Part shown: one piece after another, positions 48,282 to 57,714 of the stretch
How the letters are laid out: each line of letters begins with the position of its first letter
How positions within the stretch are numbered: position 1 is the first letter of the stretch
Assembly (NCBI GenBank): GCA_963809665.1
Contig: CAWEKC010000001.1
Location: 94,209 to 158,208 of the forward strand
Source: Candidatus Gottesmanbacteria bacterium
GTDB taxonomy: Bacteria > Patescibacteriota > Microgenomatia > UBA10105 > UBA927
DNA: 64,000 nucleotides
Reading direction: 5' to 3'
Program-made: the position numbers and the translations under genes
The notes under the pieces: model-generated
Told to the model about the DNA's origin: nothing
Seen by the model: the letters and a program-made list of their open reading frames with translations, nothing else
Databases searched by the model: none

Positions 48282-49019
48282 TCAAGTATACCATGCGGCT
48301 ACTGTCGCAGCCACTTTCCGGGAGTATTCCGGATCCGTCACATCATACCAGAGGATACCTTTTTGTTTCTTAAACCACGTCAGTTGCTTCCTAGCTATCG
48401 CATGTTCATTTATAATGTTCTCTTTGTTCATGCCTGCACGAATGCGCTCCTGTAAATGATCGTCAATTCGCTTGTATAAAACCTGAAGCGGAGCCGTTAA
48501 CCCGATAATCAGAACATCATACGGCAAAGGAATATTCCTTTTTACTATTGCTTTTGCTATTTCTATTTTTCGGATCAGGCGGCGGGGATTATTCCAATCG
48601 GAATCATTCATACTTCCCCGCGATGTCATATGTTGTAATTCCTGAAGTGTTAAATTCCGTTTACGAAAATTTTCATCCGGAGGTATATCCACAGTTTCAA
48701 ACGGATGTATTAATGCATGAATATACAACCCGCTGCCGCCCGCAACTATCGGTAATTTCTCACGTCTGAGGATATCACCAGCAGCAGCCCGGGCTAACTT
48801 CAACCAATGGGCTACGCTAAATTCTTCTCCCTGATCCACGACGTCATATAACCAGATGGGGACATCCGGCCGCTCTTTATTAGTTTCCAGATCATTCCCG
48901 CGGTACACCTGCCGGGAATCTGCGGAAATCAGTTCGCCGTTAAATCTTTTGGCAAGCCGGGCAGCAAGTGCCGTCTTTCCCGTTGCCGTCGGGCCGCAGA
49001 TTACCAGAATTTTATTCAT
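48282..49019 (-). CDS. miaA: tRNA dimethylallyltransferase MiaA (short form)
   Basis: ILVICGPTATGKTALAARLA (P-loop), ISADSRQVYRGNDLET. 245 aa. Overlaps the miaB-like gene by 8 nt. Confidence 0.8.
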   Translation of the reverse strand: MNKILVICGPTATGKTALAARLAKRFNGELISADSRQVYRGNDLETNKERPDVPIWLYDVVDQGEEFSVAHWLKLARAAAGDILRREKLPIVAGGSGLYIHALIHPFETVDIPPDENFRKRNLTLQELQHMTSRGSMNDSDWNNPRRLIRKIEIAKAIVKRNIPLPYDVLIIGLTAPLQVLYKRIDDHLQERIRAGMNKENIINEHAIARKQLTWFKKQKGILWYDVTDPEYSRKVAATVAAWYT

Positions 49020-50118
49020 ACGTACCGTTTATTAAATTTGTTTTATTAATAAGTGTCTCAAGAATTTCCCACCGACGCTTCTTTTCCGTATGAGACACAT
49101 CATCCGTATATATGTTGTGTGCCGCGGTCATCGGCCTGTCCGAATACATGGCAACATATGCTTTGGAAAACCCGACCTTTTTGGCAAGATGTACAGTGTT
49201 ATTAAACTGCGCCCTCGTTTCTCCGCAAAAACCGACAATAATATCCGTAGAAATAGTGACACGGGGAATGCGCTTTCGCAATTTCTCCGTTAATAACAGA
49301 TATTCTTCTCTCGTATACCACCGGTTCATACGTTTAAGAACCGTATTGTCTCCCGACTGCAGGGGCAAATGGATGTGCCGAGAGATATTGTTATTTCCCG
49401 CAATAATTTCAACAAGTTCATCGGAAAAATCCCAGGGGTTGCTGGAAATGAAATCTATTTTCTTTAAGCCTTTGATTTTACTGACTTCTTTCAATACATA
49501 CGGAAACAGAGTGGGGATGCGCAGTCTTCCGAGATGTTTAACATACACAGGTTTAATAGAATTGTTCTTTAAATCCGATCCGTACGAGTTTACGTTTTGC
49601 CCGATGAGCGTTATGTGCGTATATCCGCCACGGGCCAGAGTCTTACATTCCGTAAGAATCTCCTTAACCGGCCGGCTCATTTCCCTGCCGCGGGTAAACG
49701 GGACTACGCAATACGTACAGAAATTATTGCATCCGTTGGTGATGGGTACTAACGCATGAGTTTTTTCAGTCCGTACCGGAGTATAATCAAATCCTACTTC
49801 TTCAATGGGTAAAAATTCGTCAACGGCCGGTAATTTTTTCTTCAGTTGCAATAACATTTTCCCGGATGAATCCCTCACAGCCATGCCTACCATGCATCCG
49901 GTTAGAATTATATTTTGTTTTGATTTTTCAAGATTATGAATCAATCCGTAAACCCGGTGGGCTGCCTTTTCCCGTATCATGCACGTATTGATAACCACAG
50001 CATCCGCTTCCTCTATATTTTTTGTCAATGTATGCCCGCGTGATGTATATGCCGCGGCGATACGTTCGCTATCCGCCTCATTGGCTGCGCAGCCGAACGT
50101 CACGATGTGATATTTCAT
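49012..50118 (-). CDS. radical SAM methylthiotransferase (MiaB/RimO family), compact form
   Basis: N-terminal MTTase domain (IVTFGCAANEADSE...INTCMIRE). Radical SAM CNNFCTYCVVPFTRGRE. 368 aa, so probably no TRAM domain. Adjacent to miaA, which suggests MiaB. Confidence 0.75.
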   Translation of the reverse strand: MKYHIVTFGCAANEADSERIAAAYTSRGHTLTKNIEEADAVVINTCMIREKAAHRVYGLIHNLEKSKQNIILTGCMVGMAVRDSSGKMLLQLKKKLPAVDEFLPIEEVGFDYTPVRTEKTHALVPITNGCNNFCTYCVVPFTRGREMSRPVKEILTECKTLARGGYTHITLIGQNVNSYGSDLKNNSIKPVYVKHLGRLRIPTLFPYVLKEVSKIKGLKKIDFISSNPWDFSDELVEIIAGNNNISRHIHLPLQSGDNTVLKRMNRWYTREEYLLLTEKLRKRIPRVTISTDIIVGFCGETRAQFNNTVHLAKKVGFSKAYVAMYSDRPMTAAHNIYTDDVSHTEKKRRWEILETLINKTNLINGTYE

Positions 50119-50138
50119 AGTGGTATTCTACCAGAAGA

Positions 50139-50888
50139 TTATGTATTCAGTATGAACTTCTCGATCACAGTGGCCACGCCGTCTTCTTCCACACTCGGTG
50201 CCACAAAATCAGCTATGGCTTTCAATTCCGGTACCGCATTTCCCATGGCAATTTTAAGCCCGCAAGCCATTAGAAGCGGAAAATCATTGTACCCATCCCC
50301 CACCCCGATCATCTCTTGCGTCTGGATATTAAGTAGTTTTGCCACCTCAACGATACCATGAAGTTTTGACGCCTCCTTAGCTGTAACATCCAGGCTCATC
50401 TCACCGGGGGTCCAGGAAGGTATTTTAAAAATATTTACATCCGCTATCCTATGCAAATCTTTAATCGTCTCATCAGCTTTCAGTATATCGATCTCGGGAA
50501 CATACATGCTCATTATCCTGTTCCGTTTATGTACCCCGTGGAACAGTTTATCCGTTTTTCCGTCAAATGCGTGTACGTCTATGTGATGCGTCCTGAAATA
50601 GGCATAGACGATGTCAACATACTTTTTCTTTAACGGAAATTCTATAATCATCTTTTTCTTAACCGGATCATATATTTGTGTCCCTCCCGTCATGACACAC
50701 GGACCGGATAGTTGAAGGTGTTTTAAAATTTGTTGCGAAATATACAGCGGGCGCGATGTAGCAAGACAGACATGGATTTTTTTCCCCGCTTTTTTTATAG
50801 CCTCCGTAACACGTACGGATGGCAGGTTATCGACCCCATGAATGACCGTAGTACCGTCAATATCTAAAAACAGGGCTTTATACTTCAT
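50139..50888 (-). CDS. Cof-type HAD-IIB family hydrolase
   Basis: ALFLDIDGTTV (motif I), GDGYNDFPLLMACGLKIAMGNA (motif IV). Confidence 0.8.
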   Translation of the reverse strand: MKYKALFLDIDGTTVIHGVDNLPSVRVTEAIKKAGKKIHVCLATSRPLYISQQILKHLQLSGPCVMTGGTQIYDPVKKKMIIEFPLKKKYVDIVYAYFRTHHIDVHAFDGKTDKLFHGVHKRNRIMSMYVPEIDILKADETIKDLHRIADVNIFKIPSWTPGEMSLDVTAKEASKLHGIVEVAKLLNIQTQEMIGVGDGYNDFPLLMACGLKIAMGNAVPELKAIADFVAPSVEEDGVATVIEKFILNT

Positions 50889-50895
50889 GAGGGAA

Positions 50896-51639
50896 TTATT
50901 TTCCGACGATTATCTCAACATCGGCGGAAGCGCTGGCCGGCAGATCGGTGGCAACAGTACCCAGTGTATATGTGTCTTTAAGGTCTGCCTCGAGATTCGC
51001 TACAGCATCTTTCATTGTTTCTTTCCCGTGAATTTCCGTCTCCGTATAGGTATAGTCAGCCGTATTTCCGGTACTGGCTACCGTATACCCTTTCTCTTCC
51101 AAAAATGTTTTCATTTTTCCCGCAGCTCCCGGTGTACCGCCGCCGTTAAGAACCGAAATTTCAAATGATGTTTTGTCAATGGTGGCCGGTGTCGGGGTGG
51201 GGGTCGGCGTGGGTGTTGCAGTCGGAGTGGGAGTTGGCCGCGCAAATAATGTGAGCGGTGATGTTTTCTTGGCCGCGGCATACAAAATCCCTCCCGTGAG
51301 CAGGGCAACAAGAATGGTGACAATTGCCCATACAAATAACGATGCGGCTGGTTTATTCTTGTGAACGGATATTTCCGGCATAACGTGTGACTCCTTTGCC
51401 TCCTGATATAATTCCTCAACTTTCTCTTTACGGATTTCCGATTCCGGTGTTGGTTCCTCATCCGGAACAGGCGGAGTTTCTTCAGGTGCCGGTTCCGGCG
51501 TGGGTAAGGATACAGGCGCTACAATCTCCTCCTCAACCACTTCCACCACTTGTGTAACCGGAGCACGTACCTCTTCCGGCTCCGCAGCTGCCTGCGCTGT
51601 CATTTTATCGGTGAGCGTTTTCCTTCTTCGGGACGGCAT
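50896..51639 (-). CDS. LytR_C (cell envelope-related C-terminal) domain protein with Pro/Thr repeat linker
   Basis: Acidic Pro-rich N-terminus, TM, PTPTPTATPTPTPTPTP linker. C-terminal ISVLNGGGTPGAAGKMKTFLEEKGYTV...GNTADYTYTETEIH matches LytR_C. Confidence 0.6.
   Translation of the reverse strand: MPSRRRKTLTDKMTAQAAAEPEEVRAPVTQVVEVVEEEIVAPVSLPTPEPAPEETPPVPDEEPTPESEIRKEKVEELYQEAKESHVMPEISVHKNKPAASLFVWAIVTILVALLTGGILYAAAKKTSPLTLFARPTPTPTATPTPTPTPTPATIDKTSFEISVLNGGGTPGAAGKMKTFLEEKGYTVASTGNTADYTYTETEIHGKETMKDAVANLEADLKDTYTLGTVATDLPASASADVEIIVGK
51181..51240. repeat. imperfect tandem hexanucleotide repeat (GTNGGN)n encoding the Pro-Thr linker
   Basis: ggtggccggtgtcggggtgggggtcggcgtgggtgttgcagtcggagtgggagttgg on the + strand. 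Confidence 0.6.
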
Positions 51640-51677
51640 ACACGTAGTGTAGCATATTCTTTTATTTTGTCACGCCC

Positions 51678-52469
51678 CTAGCTGGATGCCGATGCATATT
51701 TGGTCAGTGCTACCTTCCAAAGCCTCAAACAGATAAGGAAAAAAAATATACCTAGCATAAACGAAACAATAATTACCCACGGGGTTAATAATCCTAAAAA
51801 AGCTTTCGCCGGTACAGTCATCATGACGCCGACAGGAATAATGAACGTGATGATGGTCCGCATGGGTTCGCGGTATATATCAACCGGTACCCTTCCCATA
51901 CTGGTCAGGTCCCGGTAAATCATCACCGCGTGGTCTATTTCCGTGGTTACAATAGCCAACGCCAATACCAGAATATGAAAAGCGGTTGCTATGAGTAATC
52001 CGTTGGCAATAAGAAGGAGATACAAAATCACATGCAATACGGATACCGTTCCTAATCTTCCGGCAACATACATAAGTATCGCAATGTATGGGATAAGCAT
52101 GAGTAAATCCAAGGGGTCTGCACCGCCCGCCAGCGCTCTGAACAACGGATTCATGGGTTTCACCAATATCAAATCAAAGTCCCCGCTGACAACCATGGGC
52201 CGGAAACGGTACACTTCACGGAAAAAAAGTTGTGTAACGGTATCGATGACCGTATACGTCAAAAAGAAAAATGAAAATTGGATGACACCGTAATCCGCAA
52301 GTTTATTCGTTTGAGAAAATAATACCCAGATAAAACCAAGCATTAATCCGAACCTGAGAATTTTACCCAGCAAATAAATTATTGCGTTAAATTTAGATGT
52401 GAGGGAAATAAGGAAAGAATTTTCCGTCAGTTTCAGCCAAAGATGCAGATATTTAATACATGTTTTCAT
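51678..52469 (-). CDS. ABC-2 family transporter permease (COG4587-like)
   Basis: 263 aa, 6 TM. Tandem with a second permease and an ATPase. Confidence 0.6.
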   Translation of the reverse strand: MKTCIKYLHLWLKLTENSFLISLTSKFNAIIYLLGKILRFGLMLGFIWVLFSQTNKLADYGVIQFSFFFLTYTVIDTVTQLFFREVYRFRPMVVSGDFDLILVKPMNPLFRALAGGADPLDLLMLIPYIAILMYVAGRLGTVSVLHVILYLLLIANGLLIATAFHILVLALAIVTTEIDHAVMIYRDLTSMGRVPVDIYREPMRTIITFIIPVGVMMTVPAKAFLGLLTPWVIIVSFMLGIFFFLICLRLWKVALTKYASASS

Positions 52470-52472
52470 GAG

Positions 52473-53267
52473 TTACCTGCCTTCCGCCGTATAAACACGT
52501 AACCCTTTCTGCCATAATAACCGGACGGCCAGAGCGAATATCCCGATCCAGAGGGACGCTCCGGCAAAGCCGGACACAAGATCCCACCCGGTAATTTTTC
52601 CCATATAGATGCCCAGAGGAAAATACAGAAAATAATAAAACGGCAGGCTTTTGGAAATAAGAAATAATGTTTTGGGCAGTATATCCAGGGGGAATATGCC
52701 CCCCGCTAAAAATTCCATAATGACGAATGATAAAAACCGGGGCGCCCACACATCCTGAGTCCAGAATCCCAGGAAACCGAAAATCATATTGTAAAGAAAG
52801 TACAACACCATTCCCAGGCCTGCCGCTGCCAGTGCGACAAAAATGACAGGCAAACTTGCCTGAAGAAATAACGGCGGACGGAGAATCAAAAATAACGCGG
52901 TTACCTCCACGATTGAAAAGAGCAAATTTAATAATTTATCGCCGGTATCCCGTGCGATGTAATAGGAAAAGAAGGAAAACGGTCGTACCAGGTGATTGGA
53001 TAATTTTCCCTCATTGATGATATCCCCTATTTCCATCGTCGTCGTGCTTAAAATAATAGTCCGTACTATTGAACTTAATAAAATATACGTGAGCATCATG
53101 GATTCCGTATACCCGGCGAAAATCTGCCGGTTTGAAAATATCGCCCACCAGAGGAAATAGGTAACCAATATCTGCATCACCATACGTACCCGCCACAGGA
53201 TAAAATTCAGGCGGTATGCCATATACTCAGCCCAGGTGTCTTTAATTATCTGGAGATAAATTTTCAT
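52473..53267 (-). CDS. ABC-2 family transporter permease (COG3694-like)
   Basis: 264 aa, 6 TM. Part of a three-gene ABC module. Confidence 0.6.
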   Translation of the reverse strand: MKIYLQIIKDTWAEYMAYRLNFILWRVRMVMQILVTYFLWWAIFSNRQIFAGYTESMMLTYILLSSIVRTIILSTTTMEIGDIINEGKLSNHLVRPFSFFSYYIARDTGDKLLNLLFSIVEVTALFLILRPPLFLQASLPVIFVALAAAGLGMVLYFLYNMIFGFLGFWTQDVWAPRFLSFVIMEFLAGGIFPLDILPKTLFLISKSLPFYYFLYFPLGIYMGKITGWDLVSGFAGASLWIGIFALAVRLLWQKGLRVYTAEGR

Positions 53268-53279
53268 AGCAGATACTAA

Positions 53280-54254
53280 TCATCCCGCTTTCGTAAATAC
53301 ATCACGGATAATATCTTCGATATCCGGTTCTTCAATGTTGAGGTCCGCAACCGGAAATTCCTGCAGAATCTGGGCGGCCGCCACATTGGAGGCACACCTC
53401 GGAACACGGATGACGGCTTTGGGGAAATTGTAATCAATCAGATCACCGACGCCGGCGAGTTTACTGGGCGCAACGTACGTTTCCAAAACCACGGATAATA
53501 CTTTATACTTTGCAAATTTACTCACCAGATTATCCAGTTTGCCGTCGTACAAAATGGATCCGTGATCAATAATAATGATGCGCTTGGCAAGCTGCCGCAC
53601 ATCTTCCATATAATGTGATGTAAGGAGAATTGTGGATTTGCGAAGCTGGTTATATGCCAGGATAAAATCGCGCATCTTTTTCTGCATGACAACATCGAGG
53701 CCGATCGTCGGTTCATCCAAAAACATGACCTTGGGTGAATGGATGAGCGCAGCGATGAGTTCCATTTTCATTCGTTCCCCCAAAGAAAGCTTACGTACCT
53801 GAACTTTTAGCAAATTTTCCACTTCGAGAAGTTCTACCAGTTCCGAAAGCGTTTTATTGTATTCTATGTCCGGTATTTCATAAATTTCCTTGTTCAGAAG
53901 AAATGTATCAGCCGCCGGAAGATCCCACCATAACTGATTTTTCTGTCCCATAACCAGGGCGATTTGTTTTAAAAATTGGTGTTTCCGCTGATTTGGTGTT
54001 GCATCCAGCACCCGAACTCTCCCGCTTGTCGGATACAATAAACCGGAAAGGCACTTAAGCGTCGTGGTTTTACCGGCTCCGTTTGGCCCGATAAACCCGA
54101 CGAGCTCCCCTTCTCCGATGTCAAACGAAATGTTATTGACAGCTTTTACCGTCTGGTATTTCCGTGCAACTAATGACTTGAAGGAACCCAAAATACCCGG
54201 TTCTTTCAGAAAAGTTTGGTAGTATTTTGACAGATGAGAAACGGAAATAATCAT
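53280..54254 (-). CDS. ABC transporter ATP-binding protein (COG4586-like)
   Basis: GPNGAGKTTTLKCL, LSLGERMKMELIAAL, FLDEPTIGLDV. Confidence 0.85.
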   Translation of the reverse strand: MIISVSHLSKYYQTFLKEPGILGSFKSLVARKYQTVKAVNNISFDIGEGELVGFIGPNGAGKTTTLKCLSGLLYPTSGRVRVLDATPNQRKHQFLKQIALVMGQKNQLWWDLPAADTFLLNKEIYEIPDIEYNKTLSELVELLEVENLLKVQVRKLSLGERMKMELIAALIHSPKVMFLDEPTIGLDVVMQKKMRDFILAYNQLRKSTILLTSHYMEDVRQLAKRIIIIDHGSILYDGKLDNLVSKFAKYKVLSVVLETYVAPSKLAGVGDLIDYNFPKAVIRVPRCASNVAAAQILQEFPVADLNIEEPDIEDIIRDVFTKAG

Positions 54255-54286
54255 GACCTTATTATAATCCTTATTCCCAAAAAGAA

Positions 54287-54305
54287 TCCCGACGTAACGT
54301 CGGGA
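54287..54305. terminator. palindromic hairpin TCCCGACG-TAA-CGTCGGGA, likely hup terminator (- strand)
   Basis: Same 17-nt core CCCGACGTAACGTCGGG as at 20483..20499. On the - strand it is followed by ATTCTTTTTGGG, just downstream of the hup stop. Confidence 0.55.
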
Positions 54306-54335
54306 CTCCTTTCAATGTAAGTTTTAGGTAACGAT

Positions 54336-54623
54336 TTACCGGACAACTTTTTTCAATGCCTTACCTGCCGTAAATCCGGGGGTTTTCCGTGCCGGAATTT
54401 GTATCGGCGCTCCGGTTTGCGGGTTTCTACCCGTCCGGGATTTCCGTGATCGGACCATGAATGTTCCGAATCCTGTCACGACGACTTTGTCGCCTTTCTT
54501 GAGTGCGTCTGTAATTCCTCCAAAGACTGCTGCGACTGATTCACGTGCTGCTTTTGCGGTAAGATTCGCTTTCTTTGCCACGACTTCGACTAAATCTGCT
54601 TTTGTCATAGAATTGTAATTCAC
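54336..54623 (-). CDS. hup: DNA-binding protein HU
   Basis: MTKADLVEVVAKKANLTAKAARESVAAVF...GFGTFMVRSRKSRTGRNPQTGAPIQIPARKTPGFTAG (beta-arm with RNPxTG). Confidence 0.9.
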   Translation of the reverse strand: MNYNSMTKADLVEVVAKKANLTAKAARESVAAVFGGITDALKKGDKVVVTGFGTFMVRSRKSRTGRNPQTGAPIQIPARKTPGFTAGKALKKVVR

Positions 54624-54769
54624 CTCCTTCGGGCAGAGGGATAGGACAGGAAATTTTTTTTCAGAGATTGCTGCAGCAACCTTTGAGAGGCAATGTAAAG
54701 AATTTAGATTGCTCTGTCAATATATCAATTTTCGCAGATTGTCACAATGCGCTAAAAAATATTATTTTT

Positions 54770-56266
54770 TTACTTAGCTATCTCTGTTGCTCTTAATTCC
54801 CGGATGACGGAAATTTTTATTTGACCCGGATATGTGAGTTTTTCTTCCACTTCTTTTTTAAGATCCTGCGCCATCAGTGTCGCTGCCGCGTCATCAATGG
54901 TTCCGGGATCCACGACAACGCGGATCTCGCGGCCTGCCTGGAATGCGAACGCCTCGCTTACCCCTTTATGCGCCTTTGCAATACCCTCCAGCTCCGCAAG
55001 GCGTTTAATATATTCCTCAACGTTTTCATTGCGGGCGCCGGGCCTGGCCCCTGATATGGCATCTGCAATGTATACGAGTATCGCTTCGCTTGACGTAAAC
55101 GGTGTATCCTCATGGTGCTGCGCCACACAGTCAACAACTTTTTGCGGCATCCCGTATTTCTTCAGAAGCTCAACGCCTAAATCTACATGTGTTCCCTCAC
55201 GGTCCATGATGACTTTACCGATATCATGCAATAAACATCCCAGTCTCACGACATTGACATCTGCCCCGACTTCGCGCGCAAGGGCAATACCTATTTTCGT
55301 TTCCTCAAGTGTATGGGCAATCATATTTTGTCCGTAAGAAAAACGGTATTTAAACCGCCCCAAGTGAGCAACGATCGGTGCGGGTAAATTGTAAACGCCC
55401 ACGGCATGGCAAAGTTTTTGTCCTTCCTCAAACATGATCCGTTCTACCTCTTTCCTTACCTGTTCAACAATTTCTTCAATACGGCCCGGTTGCACGCGTC
55501 CATCGCGAAGTAACCGCTCCAAAGTAACTCTGGCAATCTCACGTCTCACCGGATCAAAGCATGACAGCCGGATCACTCCCTCTTCATCCAAATCCACATC
55601 CACGCCCGTTGCCGTTTCAAACGCACGGATATTACGTCCTTCTTTCCCGATAATGCGGCCCTTCATTTCCTCATCGGGTAATTTGATGACGGACACCGTG
55701 TATTCTGCAACATAATCGGTTGCCCCGTGACGCATGGCATCAACAAGGATATCTTTAGCTTTTGCATCCGCTTCTTCTTTGGCGCGGTCTGACGATTCCC
55801 GGACCTCGCGGGCCAGATTTTCTTTCAGCTGATCCCGCATCGCATCCATAATGACTGCCCGCGCTTCATCGCGCGTAAGATGGGCTACTTTTTCTAATTT
55901 ATCTAAATGTTGCTGCTTAAGCTGTTCCGCCTCTGCAGTTTTCTGTGTAACCTGTAATTCCATTGTTCTCAACCGGAGATCACGGTCTTCCAATGCGCCT
56001 TCTTTGCGCTCAAGATCAATAAGCTTGCCTCTCGATTCTTCCTCCGCATCGCGGCGTATTTTGAATGCCTCGTCTTTGGCTTCCACAACCAGTTCCCTTG
56101 CCTTCGCTTCTGCGATTTTGACAACTGCCTGTGTATCCACGGAAATTGTAGGTGCTTTTGGTTTTACCGGTTGGGGCTGTTGTTTTATTTGGGGTGCGAC
56201 TTGCGGAACTCCCCCCGCTTGTTTATTTTTTACCAACCCGGAAAGGGTTTTAAGTACATCAAACAT
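54770..56266 (-). CDS. rny: ribonuclease Y
   Basis: N-terminal TM/coiled-coil, KH domain (GRIIGKEGRNIRAFE), HD domain (LLHDIGK). Confidence 0.9.
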   Translation of the reverse strand: MFDVLKTLSGLVKNKQAGGVPQVAPQIKQQPQPVKPKAPTISVDTQAVVKIAEAKARELVVEAKDEAFKIRRDAEEESRGKLIDLERKEGALEDRDLRLRTMELQVTQKTAEAEQLKQQHLDKLEKVAHLTRDEARAVIMDAMRDQLKENLAREVRESSDRAKEEADAKAKDILVDAMRHGATDYVAEYTVSVIKLPDEEMKGRIIGKEGRNIRAFETATGVDVDLDEEGVIRLSCFDPVRREIARVTLERLLRDGRVQPGRIEEIVEQVRKEVERIMFEEGQKLCHAVGVYNLPAPIVAHLGRFKYRFSYGQNMIAHTLEETKIGIALAREVGADVNVVRLGCLLHDIGKVIMDREGTHVDLGVELLKKYGMPQKVVDCVAQHHEDTPFTSSEAILVYIADAISGARPGARNENVEEYIKRLAELEGIAKAHKGVSEAFAFQAGREIRVVVDPGTIDDAAATLMAQDLKKEVEEKLTYPGQIKISVIRELRATEIAK

Positions 56267-56433
56267 ATTGTTATGAAGATTTATGGAAGAAGAAGTGCAG
56301 CAAAAAACCCCGCATTTTACGCGATGGCGTCAGTAGGAGCTACATGGAAAAATACAGAAGTGTGCATAATCCTACAATAGTGCTGTTTCAATCTCCAAAA
56401 ATCTACGTATTTACTCTCTATATTGTACGCTTC

Positions 56434-56910
56434 TTACTCTTGTTCGTCAATGAGCTTTCGGATTATTTCGAAGTCAAATCCCCTCCGGCCCAGATAGTCG
56501 TATAGCTTCTTCTTACGCGCCATTGGCGGTAATTTACGCCATAGAGGCATCTTCTTAGCAATAGCATGCCTGGCAGCCTCCAAGAGGCTTACAGAGCCTC
56601 GTGAGGCCAGCGCCGTCGCTATCACGGCATCGGGAACACCCTTACCTCGCAGCTCCATCTGAATATACCGGTTTCCCTTGGGCTTAAACTCGGTCCGCTG
56701 GGCTACCCACCACTCCGCAAACTTTACATCATCTGCGTACCCCAACTCCTCCATCCGACCCATAACTTTAGCCAGTAGTCCGGCGCCGGAGACCTTCCAT
56801 CGGGTAAGTTTCTTGTTCAGGAAGTCGGTAAGCTCTTTTTTGCTACGGGGACGGAAAGACACATACCTAATCGCGGCATTGACAAGAAGTTCATAGTACG
56901 GATTATCCAT
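56434..56910 (-). CDS. recX: RecA regulator RecX
   Basis: 158 aa with three-helix repeat pattern: RSKKELTDFLNKKL, MGRMEELGYADDVKFAEWWV, IQMELRGKGVPDAVIATAL, KLYDYLGRRGFDFEII. Confidence 0.7.
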   Translation of the reverse strand: MDNPYYELLVNAAIRYVSFRPRSKKELTDFLNKKLTRWKVSGAGLLAKVMGRMEELGYADDVKFAEWWVAQRTEFKPKGNRYIQMELRGKGVPDAVIATALASRGSVSLLEAARHAIAKKMPLWRKLPPMARKKKLYDYLGRRGFDFEIIRKLIDEQE

Positions 56911-57535
56911 GGAGTGTTTTTATAATGTTAGGGAGCTCTTTAAACGACGATACATAACCATCCGGGTTGCCAACCGGTGTTTTGGAACAGATAATAACTT
57001 TCATTTTTGCAGCTTTTGCCGCTTGAATATCGCTTTCCATATCACCGATGTACACGGCATCTTGCGGTTTTACGTTAAGCTGGTGCGCGGCAAATGTCAA
57101 AGGTTCCGGATGCGGCTTGTGGTTCACCGTATCTTCGTATGCAATCACAGTAGAAAAATATTGTTGCAATGCCGCCAACTTTGAAAATTCAAATACACCG
57201 TTCTTTATCCTGCTCGTGACAATTCCCAATGGATATTTTTTATGAAGTTTTTTTAATGTTTCAATTACACCGGTATGTAATTTTAGTAAATGAAGCGGAT
57301 AAGGAACTATGCGTTTGCTACCCATTTTCCAAATCCTTTGAATTTCTATTTCAGAACGGGATTTGGTAACTTGTTTGATAACTTCTGTCAGCGTTAAATG
57401 ATACATCCCACTATACATTTCTCTTGTGAGAGGTTCATATCCTGCCTTAGAAAATAGATCTTGACAGAATTTCAAATTCGCATTAAAAGAATCTATGAGA
57501 ACGCCATCAATATCAAATAATATAGCCTTAATCAT
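56903..57535 (-). CDS. HAD-IA family hydrolase (phosphoglycolate phosphatase/beta-PGM-like)
   Basis: MIKAILFDIDGVLIDS (motif I), IVTSR (motif II), GDMESDIQAAKAAK (motif IV). Confidence 0.8.
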   Translation of the reverse strand: MIKAILFDIDGVLIDSFNANLKFCQDLFSKAGYEPLTREMYSGMYHLTLTEVIKQVTKSRSEIEIQRIWKMGSKRIVPYPLHLLKLHTGVIETLKKLHKKYPLGIVTSRIKNGVFEFSKLAALQQYFSTVIAYEDTVNHKPHPEPLTFAAHQLNVKPQDAVYIGDMESDIQAAKAAKMKVIICSKTPVGNPDGYVSSFKELPNIIKTLHG

Positions 57536-57560
57536 GAGTTAGGAGGATACAATAAAATTT

Positions 57561-57637
57561 TGGTCGGGGTGGGCAGACTTGAACTGCCAACCGCTCGCAC
57601 CCCATGCGAGTGCGCTAGCCAATTGCGCCACACCCCG
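57561..57637 (-). tRNA. tRNA-Pro (anticodon GGG)
   Basis: Reverse complement is CGGGGTG-TG-GCGC-AATTGGCTA-GCGC-A-CTCGC-ATGGGGT-GCGAG-CGGTT-GGCAG-TTCAAGT-CTGCC-CACCCCG-A-CCA. C1-G72, G37 and A73 are typical of tRNA-Pro. 77 nt with encoded CCA. Confidence 0.85.
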
Positions 57638-57714
57638 ATTGATTGCTTGTATTCTACCATCTTTTATGTAAAAATGGGATAATTCTTCCCACTTGCCCAC
57701 AAGAAAGGAAACAT

